From assembly GCA_905479805.1 (NCBI GenBank), contig CAJQNY010000079.1, positions 6,915 through 70,914 on the forward strand: 64,000 nucleotides of DNA, written 5' to 3'. Numbering within the stretch: position 1 is the stretch's first letter; each line of letters begins with the position of its first letter. A model generated the notes under the pieces. It worked only from the letters and a program-made list of their open reading frames with translations, searched no databases and was not told where the DNA came from. Made by a program: the position numbers and the translations under genes. Below are positions 50,936 to 59,321 of the stretch, in pieces. This DNA is from an uncultured Arenicella sp. Lineage in GTDB: Bacteria > Pseudomonadota > Gammaproteobacteria > Arenicellales > Arenicellaceae.

Positions 50936-51571
50936 GTGGAAAAAACTGTGTTTATCCAAAGATCTGCTGTTAATCGTAAATATAGTGGCATGCAATCAAT
51001 TAGAGCAATGAAAGGTCTATTTATAGTGAATGATTTTGATAGGATTACACTCATGAACAGAAGAACACTATTATCAATTGGGTTAGTGGCCGCAGCGACA
51101 ACGATCCCCTTTTTACCGCGCAACTCAAAAACGGCACATGCTATGGACGACGATATCCAACTGGAGAGTAACCCCAAATCAGTACGGCCTTTCACCCTAA
51201 CAGCTGATGATTGGAAATCTCGATTAAGCGATGAAGCTTTTTACGTACTGCGTGAGGAAGGAACTGAACGGCCGTTTACCAGCGCACATAATGACGAAAA
51301 ACGGGAGGGTGAATACCATTGCGCAGGCTGTGACTTAGCGTTGTTTGAAGCGGGAATGAAATTCGATAGCGGCACGGGTTGGCCTAGTTTCTGGCAAGCT
51401 ATTGATGGTAGAGTCGAGACCAAGCGGGACTTCAAACTAATATTGCCACGCACTGAATATCATTGTGCTCGTTGTGGAGGCCACCAAGGCCACATCTTTA
51501 AAGATGGTCCTAAACCGACAGGCTTACGTTATTGCAATAACGGTATAGCGCTGAATTTCAAGCCCGCTTAA
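50936..51571 (+). CDS. msrB: Peptide-methionine (R)-S-oxide reductase with Tat signal (probable start 51053)
   Basis: GTERPF, CAGC, KFDSGTGWPSF, CARCGGHQGHIF.DGP.PTGLRYCNN; N-terminal NRRTLL twin-arginine motif and AHA cleavage site. Confidence 0.93.
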   Translation: MEKTVFIQRSAVNRKYSGMQSIRAMKGLFIVNDFDRITLMNRRTLLSIGLVAAATTIPFLPRNSKTAHAMDDDIQLESNPKSVRPFTLTADDWKSRLSDEAFYVLREEGTERPFTSAHNDEKREGEYHCAGCDLALFEAGMKFDSGTGWPSFWQAIDGRVETKRDFKLILPRTEYHCARCGGHQGHIFKDGPKPTGLRYCNNGIALNFKPA

Positions 51572-52200
51572 ACCAAGCCCTGGTCCTGTAAATAAGTCAT
51601 AAGTGTTGGAAGTTGGTTTGCTGCTTCCAACAGGTCCTCCCATATATCTACATCATTAGTTGGATCTAACATTTCAAAACTAATTTCGTGCTGGGTTGCC
51701 TGCGCAATGGTGGTCGCTCGCACGGTTGATGTACCCCAGTCAACACCTTCAAACAAACCAGGGCAAGAAGCACTTAGACCAATGAGGTAGTATCCACCGT
51801 CCTCACTTGGGCCAAGCACGCTATTAAATCCTGTCAACGCTTGATGAGTACGCTTGAAGCTCTGTTCGGTAATACGCGGCGCATCACTGCCTATTATCGC
51901 TAGGGGATATCCATATCGCTCAAAGCAAGCGAGCATTCTTTGTCCCAAGCTCCCTTTTCCCTGCTCGACTATCTCAACTTGATATCGTTTACCAAGGCCA
52001 ACGATAGTCGGATCATTTTTGTTTGGCGCGGTGTTTATTACAACAGGATCGGGCCAGTACTTGACCGCTTGACTAAGACAGTGATCTAACAATAACTCAG
52101 CAATTTGAGCAGATTGTTTGGTGGTGCAGTCCGGCTGCAAACGGGTTTTCACAGCACCGGCAATCGGTGCTTTAGCAAAAATGTGCAGTGGTATCGTCAT
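51568..52200 (-). CDS. TIGR04282/DUF2064 glycosyltransferase-like protein (arsenosugar/rSAM-associated family)
   Basis: FAKAP..G.VKTRL, QG.GSLGQRM, IGSDAP, VLGPSEDGGYYLIG, WGT, DVD..EDL. Confidence 0.88.
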   Translation of the reverse strand: MTIPLHIFAKAPIAGAVKTRLQPDCTTKQSAQIAELLLDHCLSQAVKYWPDPVVINTAPNKNDPTIVGLGKRYQVEIVEQGKGSLGQRMLACFERYGYPLAIIGSDAPRITEQSFKRTHQALTGFNSVLGPSEDGGYYLIGLSASCPGLFEGVDWGTSTVRATTIAQATQHEISFEMLDPTNDVDIWEDLLEAANQLPTLMTYLQDQGLV

Positions 52201-52928
52201 CGTGTACGTCTATAGAAACCAACAAGCTTTGCTGGGTTTGCTCCCAAAAAATAGGCGAGCCGGATATACCACATAAGTAGAATAGTGCGCACCACACCGC
52301 CTTGCTCCCATCGACGTGCGCTGGTCCGAACCTTTAAATTCGAACAAAAGGGGACACTGTGTTTTTTCAGAACTTTGCTTATAGCAATATCTTCCATTAG
52401 TGGGACATCCGCAAATTGCCCTATCTCTCTGAATAGGTTCGCATCGATAAATATTGCCTGATCCCCCGTGGCTATGCTCGTAAGACGAGAGCGAATATTC
52501 ATAAACAATGCCACCACTTTCATTTGCCAGCGGATGGACGTATTCGCAATGAACTCTACATCGAAACGCCCCCAAAGAAATTGGTTTTCTCTGGCAAGAA
52601 GGATTTCTTCCAATGATCCAGAGGGGAGGCGGCTATCAGCATGTAGGAATAAAATTATATCTCCCGAAACGATTCTCGCCCCAGCGTTCATCTGGCGTGC
52701 CCGCCCAGCTCTTGACTTGACTAAAATGTTACCCATATCAATCGATTGCCAGTTTTCCTCGAGCCAACCATCACTGCCGTCTTTGCTGCCGCCATCAACG
52801 ATAATTGTCTGATGCGCTCGAAGTCTATACAAATGGGCGACTAAGTTTGGTAGATGTTTTAGTTCATTTAAAACCGGCACCACAACGCTAATCGTTCTAG
52901 CCTCCCCTGTGGGGTCAACAACATTCAT
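52197..52928 (-). CDS. TIGR04283 GT2 glycosyltransferase (arsenosugar/rSAM-associated family)
   Basis: SVVVPVLNE, VDGGSKD, GRARQMNAGA, FLHADS, ATGDQAIF, PLMED, TSARRW. Confidence 0.9.
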   Translation of the reverse strand: MNVVDPTGEARTISVVVPVLNELKHLPNLVAHLYRLRAHQTIIVDGGSKDGSDGWLEENWQSIDMGNILVKSRAGRARQMNAGARIVSGDIILFLHADSRLPSGSLEEILLARENQFLWGRFDVEFIANTSIRWQMKVVALFMNIRSRLTSIATGDQAIFIDANLFREIGQFADVPLMEDIAISKVLKKHSVPFCSNLKVRTSARRWEQGGVVRTILLMWYIRLAYFLGANPAKLVGFYRRTR

Positions 52929-52958
52929 CAGCTATGGACCGAATACCTGTTAGCCTTT

Positions 52959-54176
52959 TCAGACTTTACTGGACCGTTTGGCACCAATCCTCAATCTTAA
53001 AGCATTCAATTTAATGAATCCCTCTGCATCAGCTTGGTTGTAAGCACCGTCATCATCTTCAAATGTCGCAATGCGTTCATCAAATAACGAATCATTTTCA
53101 GATTTCCGCCCAGAGATAGAAACGGATCCCTTGTAAAGCTTTACTCTAACTACACCGTTTACATGCTTTTGAGATTCGTCGATCATAGTCTGCAACATTT
53201 CCCGCTCAGGGCTCCACCAATACCCGTTGTAAATCAGTTCTGCATACTTGGGCATGAGCTCATCTTTTAAGTGTGCGACCTCACGGTCAAGTGTCAATGA
53301 CTCCATAGCACGGTGTGCTCGTAACATGATTGCTCCAGCAGGAGTCTCATAGCAACCTCTGGATTTCATGCCCACATAGCGGTTTTCAACAATGTCATCC
53401 CTTCCGATACCATGCGCTCCGCCCACTTTATTTAGCCATTCCATTACGCTAGCTGGTGACATTGCTTCACCGTCAATAGCCACAATATCGCCTTGTTCAA
53501 ATTCCAATTCAACATACTGGGCAGTGTCGGGAGCCATCTCTGGACTAACGGACCAACGCCACATAGAATCCTCTGCTTCTTCCCATGGATCCTCTAAAAT
53601 ACCGCCTTCATAGGAAATATGTAATAGGTTGGCGTCCATCGAATACAGCGACTTTCCATCAGCTTTCTTCTCCACAGAAATGTTATGTTCGTCGGCATAG
53701 GCAAGCAGCTTGTCCCTTGAATTTAAATCCCAAATTCTCCACGGCGCAATGATCTCTATATCGGGACGCAAAGCGTAGGCACCTAATTCAAAGCGAACTT
53801 GATCGTTGCCCTTTCCCGTTGCACCATGTGAGATAGCATCAGCACCTGTTTCGTTTGCTATCTCTATTAAACGCTTTGCTATCAGTGGTCGTGCAATAGA
53901 AGTTCCAAGACGATATTCACCCTCATAAATAGCATTGGCACGCATCATGGGGAAAACAAAATCTCGAGCAAACTCTTCTCGTAGATCATCAATGTAGATA
54001 CTAGACACACCCATCGCTTGTGCTTTTGCACGGGCGGGCTCTACTTCCTCGCCCTGCCCGATATCCGCTGTAAAGGTAACGACCTCGCAATCATATTCGT
54101 TTTGTAACCACTTCAATATGATTGAAGTATCAAGACCACCAGAGTAGGCCAATACGACCTTATTAATTTTTGCCAT
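52959..54176 (-). CDS. argG: Argininosuccinate synthase
   Basis: [55 protein letters not shown]. Confidence 0.98.
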   Translation of the reverse strand: MAKINKVVLAYSGGLDTSIILKWLQNEYDCEVVTFTADIGQGEEVEPARAKAQAMGVSSIYIDDLREEFARDFVFPMMRANAIYEGEYRLGTSIARPLIAKRLIEIANETGADAISHGATGKGNDQVRFELGAYALRPDIEIIAPWRIWDLNSRDKLLAYADEHNISVEKKADGKSLYSMDANLLHISYEGGILEDPWEEAEDSMWRWSVSPEMAPDTAQYVELEFEQGDIVAIDGEAMSPASVMEWLNKVGGAHGIGRDDIVENRYVGMKSRGCYETPAGAIMLRAHRAMESLTLDREVAHLKDELMPKYAELIYNGYWWSPEREMLQTMIDESQKHVNGVVRVKLYKGSVSISGRKSENDSLFDERIATFEDDDGAYNQADAEGFIKLNALRLRIGAKRSSKV

Positions 54177-54438
54177 AATTCTAATTTGTTTATAAAAGAG
54201 AAATGTTCTCTATTCACAATATTTTCCGCTCGCGTAGTGTCATTGTTTCCACACACTAGGTCAAGCCTATGCGTTTTAAAGGGTACATAAAATTTAGCGC
54301 TTCTTTAATCCAATTTTGTGTAAAATGAGTAGACCAGATTTTCGGTTGGACGATTTTATTGCTGAGCCCAGCTCAGGCCAAAAAAGTGCAACAAACTACT
54401 TATAAATTAAAAACAATCTAATAAAGAGGTAAGTCCAA

Positions 54439-55062
54439 ATGGAAGAACTCAATTTTCTAGCCCGATGGGGGCATTTGCTATTCGGTATCACATGGATAGG
54501 CATGTTGTACTATTTCAACTTTGTCCAAGGTGGATATTTCAAACAAGCCTCCGCTGAAGGCTTGGCCGATGCAAAGAGCAAATTAGCACCAAGTGCATTA
54601 TGGTGGTTCCGTTGGGGCGCCATGTTTACATTCCTAACGGGCTTATACTTGTTACATACGATTTCAGGTTCGCTATCAGTTAACAACTACATCATTGTTG
54701 GCGCCCTACTCGGGACGTTCATGTTTCTTAATGTATGGGTCATTATTTGGCCTGCACAGCAAATAGCACTTGGCATGAAAGAAGGTGACGGACCCGCAGC
54801 CGGAGCTAAGGCTCTTTTAGCTTCGCGTACTAATACTTTGTTTTCGGGCCCGATGGCTTATTTGATGCTGGCATCGGCCCATAAAAAAGGAGCAATGGCT
54901 TCGCTAAGCGATACAGGCTTATACGCAGCTCTTGCTATTGTTATATTGTTGGAAGTTAATGCCATCATTGGAAAGCAAGGCCCTATGGCCTCTGTGAATG
55001 GTGTGATCTATAGCAGCATCGCTTTAACTGCGATCCTTGTTGGTTTGATCCAAGTTCTATAG
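54439..55062 (+). CDS. Urate_ox_N (PuuD N-terminal-like) membrane protein lacking the cytochrome c domain
   Basis: RWGH...GITWIGMLYYFNFVQ, ALWWFRWGA, MFLNVW.IIWPAQ, ASRTNT; no CxxCH. Confidence 0.7.
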   Translation: MEELNFLARWGHLLFGITWIGMLYYFNFVQGGYFKQASAEGLADAKSKLAPSALWWFRWGAMFTFLTGLYLLHTISGSLSVNNYIIVGALLGTFMFLNVWVIIWPAQQIALGMKEGDGPAAGAKALLASRTNTLFSGPMAYLMLASAHKKGAMASLSDTGLYAALAIVILLEVNAIIGKQGPMASVNGVIYSSIALTAILVGLIQVL

Positions 55063-55114
55063 ATTTCTCTCAACATGTGTTTTTAATGGGTTAAACTTGG
55101 AGTTTGACCCATTC

Positions 55115-55143
55115 ACAAAAAGCGCCCTCTGGGCGCTTTTTGT
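55115..55143 (+). terminator. Intrinsic terminator
   Basis: ACAAAAAGCGCCC-TCT-GGGCGCTTTTTGT. Confidence 0.85.
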
Positions 55144-55198
55144 TTCTTGTCCATCACCAACAACCCTAAGTAGAACTCTTGCACGGATATTACTCCTA

Positions 55199-56104
55199 AT
55201 GAACACCCAACACTTCTTAACCCTGGACGATCTCTCAACGAAAACGTTGCAATCGATTATTGATCGAGCGATTGATCTGAAATCTCTGCAGAACGATGGT
55301 GCAATTTACGAACCTCTTAAAAACCAAAGCTTGGCCATGATTTTTAATAAGGCTTCTACCCGCACAAGAGTCTCATTCGAAGTAGCCATGCAGCAATTAG
55401 GCGGCACCAGCATCAACCTAAATCCAAGCGAGACCCAAATTGGGAGAGGCGAAGTAATCAAGGATACGGCAAGAGTAATCTCCAGTATGGTGGATGGAAT
55501 TATGATCCGAACGGATTCTCACGCCAAGTTAGAAGAGTTTGCGTCCTATTCCACCGTACCGGTGATAAATGGGCTCACAGATGATTATCATCCTTGCCAA
55601 TTATTGGCCGATTTACAGACTGTGCAAGAACTAAGAGGGAGCGCTGTTGGCTGTACGATGGCCTGGATCGGCGACGGTAACAATGTCTGTCACTCGTTCA
55701 TGAATGCAGCCCGTCTATTTGGCTTTGAGTTGCAAATAGCCACCCCTATTGGATATGAGCCCTCGTCAGAAGTCGTTGCTCGCAATAACTCAAGCATCCG
55801 ATTAAGCAATGACCCTAGAGAAGCCGCGTCCAATGCCGATGTGATAATTACCGACACTTGGTCGAGTATGGGTCAAGAGGACGAGAAGAACGAACGTAAC
55901 AATGCTTTTACAGGCTTTTGTGTGGATCAAGCGTTGATGCGCTTAGCAAAGAAAGATGCAATATTTTTGCATTGCTTACCTGCTTATCGGGGCTGTGAGG
56001 TAAGCGAAGAAGTAATAGAAGGGCCTCAAAGTGCTGTTTTTCAGGAGGCCGAAAACCGATTGCACGCTCAAAAGGCATTGTTAGAGTTTTTAATGAAAGG
56101 TTAG
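55199..56104 (+). CDS. argF: Ornithine carbamoyltransferase
   Basis: STRTRVSFE, NGLTDDYHPCQ, GDGNNV, SMGQE, FLHCLPA, AENRLH. Confidence 0.97.
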   Translation: MNTQHFLTLDDLSTKTLQSIIDRAIDLKSLQNDGAIYEPLKNQSLAMIFNKASTRTRVSFEVAMQQLGGTSINLNPSETQIGRGEVIKDTARVISSMVDGIMIRTDSHAKLEEFASYSTVPVINGLTDDYHPCQLLADLQTVQELRGSAVGCTMAWIGDGNNVCHSFMNAARLFGFELQIATPIGYEPSSEVVARNNSSIRLSNDPREAASNADVIITDTWSSMGQEDEKNERNNAFTGFCVDQALMRLAKKDAIFLHCLPAYRGCEVSEEVIEGPQSAVFQEAENRLHAQKALLEFLMKG

Positions 56105-56119
56105 AGTTCTTAATGAAAA
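56080..56119. repeat. 20-bp tandem duplication of the argF 3' end
   Basis: GTTAGAGTTTTTAATGAAAG followed by GTTAGAGTTCTTAATGAAAA. Confidence 0.8.
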
Positions 56120-56257
56120 GAGTAGGTTAATTGCCAGGAACTCATTGCTTCGGATGCGATGGTCTTTGAATGCTTTTCGAATGCTGTGATTCTATCGACG
56201 CAGATTCAAACTGAACCTATTTTCCAATAGGTTGATTCGGCCTTTGACTGACAAGCC

Positions 56258-56521
56258 CTAAGCTGAGGCCACCATATCACTCCCCATAGAGCTCGAAATT
56301 AAGCCTTGTCCCTGAGGTTGGGCACAACGTCGTATCACAGAGTTCTCAGATTTAACCACGCCACAATTGTCGCAGGCTTGTAATAAAAGCATCTGGTTTG
56401 TGGGGTTTACCACGGTAATCCATTGATGTTCTTGAGTCACCTTGCGCCGTCCGGCTGGCCGTCCAGCTAGCCGCTTAGCTAAAGACACGTCGTAACTGCT
56501 TAATCGCTCAACATTTGTCAT
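56258..56521 (-). CDS. Small hypothetical protein with H...CxxC...C motif
   Basis: 87-aa ORF with GAGAG RBS, filling the gap between argF and ribH2. Confidence 0.55.
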   Translation of the reverse strand: MTNVERLSSYDVSLAKRLAGRPAGRRKVTQEHQWITVVNPTNQMLLLQACDNCGVVKSENSVIRRCAQPQGQGLISSSMGSDMVASA

Positions 56522-56661
56522 TGCACTCTCAGATAATCAGTACCGTCACTACAATTGTAGACCCGTACCCTATCTAAATGATCACAAATAAATCAAAATT
56601 AACAAAGTTTTTGCTTTGAAGTTTGTTTCTTCAAAAATATTTAAAGAACAATTTAAGACGC

Positions 56662-57165
56662 TTAGGCAATTCGAGCGGCAGTGGTATTCACAAGAGTTTG
56701 AGCACATGCTCGTGCAGCTTCTATGCCTTTCTTCTTGAAATGTTCGAAGAAAAACTCTTGATGCTCTGTTGCTTCAGAGAAATTGTGTGGTGTTAGAACC
56801 ATCGACAGAATCGGTATCTCCAGCTCTAACTGCACGTCCATCATGGCGTTTAATACCGTTGCGGCGACAAAATCATGTCGATAGATCCCTCCATCGACAA
56901 TCAGGCCTGCTGCTACAACAACAGCGTAATTCCCTGACTTTGCCAACAACTTAGCTTGTAACGGAATTTCTAAGCTGCCTGGTACATTAAAAACATCAAT
57001 TCGACTTTTATCAATTCCGTGCTCGACCATTCCATCGGTAAACGAAAACAAGCTTTGGTCTACTATATCCTGATGCCAGCTGGCACGAATAAATCCGATC
57101 TTCTTACCATCGGGCAATAACGTGGTTGTGGTGGTGGATTCAGAAGTATTAATTAAGTGGTTCAT
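56662..57165 (-). CDS. ribH2: 6,7-dimethyl-8-ribityllumazine synthase, type II (RibH2)
   Basis: ASWHQDIV, VPGSLEIPL, VDGGIYRHDFVA, VLTPHNF; preceded by an FMN riboswitch. Confidence 0.9.
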   Translation of the reverse strand: MNHLINTSESTTTTTLLPDGKKIGFIRASWHQDIVDQSLFSFTDGMVEHGIDKSRIDVFNVPGSLEIPLQAKLLAKSGNYAVVVAAGLIVDGGIYRHDFVAATVLNAMMDVQLELEIPILSMVLTPHNFSEATEHQEFFFEHFKKKGIEAARACAQTLVNTTAARIA

Positions 57166-57336
57166 TATTATCAGTCTCTTATGAAATTAGTGACGTATTA
57201 ATCACACGAAATCGGGACTGATGATGAACACAAAAATGAACTGAATAGGCCTATTCAAGATTGATCTACGCAAGATCAAGCAAGTCATTGGCTTTCGCCA
57301 GCAATCTATCACTGGACGGCATTCATTATAATGTCA

Positions 57337-57546
57337 TCTTCTCTATCATCCGGACTATCACCGTCGGCTTTGGAATTACACCAAATCTGCTGACCCTTCT
57401 TCATCAATTAGAAGATAACTCATCTACTTGGAGTAATTTACCAATACAATGAAAAAGGCGCTCGCGGGCTAAAGGTCAAGTGAATATCAAAAAGAACACT
57501 TAGCACTCTTACCGCCAGTGGGGAATTTCACCCCGTCCCGAGAAAT
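57337..57546 (-). ncRNA. FMN riboswitch (RFN element)
   Basis: Minus strand: TTCTCGGGACGGGGTGAAATTCCCCACTGGCGGT...AGCCCGCGAGCG...GTCAGCAGATTTGGTGTAATTCCAAAGCCGACGGTGATAGTCCGGATGATAGAGAAG. Confidence 0.95.
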
Positions 57547-57552
57547 TCAATC

Positions 57553-57580
57553 ATTATACCCTCAGAATCGCGAATAACAA
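57553..57580 (-). promoter_or_regulatory. Sigma70 promoter of the riboswitch-ribH2 transcript
   Basis: TTGTTA, 16 bp, TATAAT, ending a few nt upstream of the riboswitch P1 stem. Confidence 0.65.
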
Positions 57581-57606
57581 ATCCTTGTTGTTTAAATGAA
57601 GCTAGC

Positions 57607-58023
57607 TCAACCGGCTGATAAAGGGGGATGAAAAATTATCTGTAAAACTATTTTTTGCGGATCATAGCAATAAAAACTCCGTGCTCCGTCGCGATGAGTT
57701 TTTGGTTCCGTAACCATCGCCACATTGTTTGCTTGCAAAAATCTGAACCAATCATCAACCTGGGCAATCTTATCTACAATTATTCCCGTGTGGGCCAACG
57801 GATGGTGTTGTTCTGGAGCCACTGGCGCCATCTCTGAAACTACGTGTAAGGCGAGATTGTCGTTACCACTACAAAGATACACATTGTCAGCATCGGGCCG
57901 CCATTCGACTTCAAAGCCTAACAGTTCACAATAAAAATGCTCCATTGCAGCAAGGTTGATAACGTTTAGTGCTACATGCCGCATGCCGGCATGAGGTGGT
58001 CGTGATAAATTATTTTGGCTCAT
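57607..58023 (-). CDS. VOC/glyoxalase family protein
   Basis: GMRHVAL, FY..LLG..VEWRPD, LALH, HTG, HRDGARSFYC.DP. Confidence 0.85.
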   Translation of the reverse strand: MSQNNLSRPPHAGMRHVALNVINLAAMEHFYCELLGFEVEWRPDADNVYLCSGNDNLALHVVSEMAPVAPEQHHPLAHTGIIVDKIAQVDDWFRFLQANNVAMVTEPKTHRDGARSFYCYDPQKIVLQIIFHPPLSAG

Positions 58024-58056
58024 AAAATTTGACTAGTAGCTTGATTGATGGCGATT

Positions 58057-58467
58057 TCAGATAATCTCAAAACTATGACTGATTACCGCTGTTTTCCCTA
58101 ACATGATGGAAGCCGAACAATACTTTTCGGCCGATAATTCAACTGCTTTAGACACAGCATTTTCAGTTAATTTTTCACCGCTTACTTTAAAATGCAAATG
58201 AATTTTGGTGAACACCTTCGGATCAGTACCAGCTCGCTCTGCCTCTAGCTCTGCAATACAGTCATGCACTATGCATCGCTTCTTACGCAGAATATATACC
58301 ACATCAAAGGCCGCACACCCTCCCATGCCAATTAGGACAGTTTCCATAGGTCGTGCGCCCAAACCCTGGCCACCGTATTCCTCAGGCCCATCCATTTCAA
58401 TCACCGCGCCGCTACCAGCAGTCGCTTTAAAGTGAACGTTTTCTTGTAACTCGATAGTTGCTTTCAT
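58057..58467 (-). CDS. OsmC-family protein (YhfA-like)
   Basis: G.RPME..L.G.GGC, KVFTKIHLHF, AVELSAEKYCSAS. Confidence 0.9.
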   Translation of the reverse strand: MKATIELQENVHFKATAGSGAVIEMDGPEEYGGQGLGARPMETVLIGMGGCAAFDVVYILRKKRCIVHDCIAELEAERAGTDPKVFTKIHLHFKVSGEKLTENAVSKAVELSAEKYCSASIMLGKTAVISHSFEII

Positions 58468-58491
58468 CAGTACTTTATAGTTGCTTATCAG

Positions 58492-59316
58492 TTAGAAAAA
58501 TAGGGATGCCAACTGCTTCCCAGGATCCTCCGCACGCATAAACGCTTCGCCCACCAAAAAGCTATTTACATTATGTTCTTTCATCAATTCGATGTCAGAG
58601 TGGGTGTGGATTCCGCTTTCGGTGACAACGACAACCTCTTTTGGAATAAATGCCAGTAAGTCTGTCGTAGTCGCCAGAGAGGTCTCAAAGGTTTTAAGAT
58701 TGCGATTATTAATACCTACAATTGGCATTTTGTAGGCCAGAGCTCGCTCTAACTCTTGGTGGTTGTGAACTTCAATTAGTACATCCAAACCCAACTCATC
58801 AGCTCGGCCCGCTAGGTCTTGCATCAATCCATCTTCTAAGGCAGCAGCAATCAGTAGAATACAATCGGCCTGCATCGTTTTAGCTTCGAAAATCTGATAT
58901 TCATCAAGCATAAAATCTTTGCGCAATATGGGTAATTCAACGACCTGCCTTGCCAAAGCAAAATGCTCTTTACTGCCCTGAAAAAACTCAGTGTCGGTAA
59001 GAACTGACAAGCAAGTAGCACCATGTTCTTGATAGCTCTCTGCTATCCTGTCAGGCGCAAAATCTGCTCTGATTAAACCTTTGCTCGGAGATGCCTTTTT
59101 GACTTCAGCAATAACCGCCGAACGGCTTGTTGATACGATATTCTTTATCGCCGCGGAAAAACCTCGGCAATCAGATGTATCACCCGCCATTGCTTTAAGA
59201 TCTGCAAGTGGGGTTTGCCTTTGCTCGAAATCAACTTCCTCACGTTTATGCCGCATGATTTTATCCAGCACATCCGACCCAGTATTCATCACACTATGCA
59301 CGCCGCTCTTTATCAT
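58492..59316 (-). CDS. trpC: Indole-3-glycerol phosphate synthase
   Basis: IAEVKKASPSKG, LSVLTD..FFQG, LRKDF, GINNRNL, ESGI. Confidence 0.97.
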   Translation of the reverse strand: MIKSGVHSVMNTGSDVLDKIMRHKREEVDFEQRQTPLADLKAMAGDTSDCRGFSAAIKNIVSTSRSAVIAEVKKASPSKGLIRADFAPDRIAESYQEHGATCLSVLTDTEFFQGSKEHFALARQVVELPILRKDFMLDEYQIFEAKTMQADCILLIAAALEDGLMQDLAGRADELGLDVLIEVHNHQELERALAYKMPIVGINNRNLKTFETSLATTTDLLAFIPKEVVVVTESGIHTHSDIELMKEHNVNSFLVGEAFMRAEDPGKQLASLFF

Positions 59317-59321
59317 AGCGT

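Noticed and set aside
54177-54438. ARG boxes upstream of argG
   Set aside because: No convincing TGAAT-N4-ATTCA-type palindrome was found by eye.
56080-56119. attL/attR of an element integrated at argF
   Set aside because: The copies are adjacent with nothing between them, and no integrase is present.
57261-57452. 63-aa plus-strand ORF
   Set aside because: It is antisense to the FMN riboswitch, which explains the sequence.
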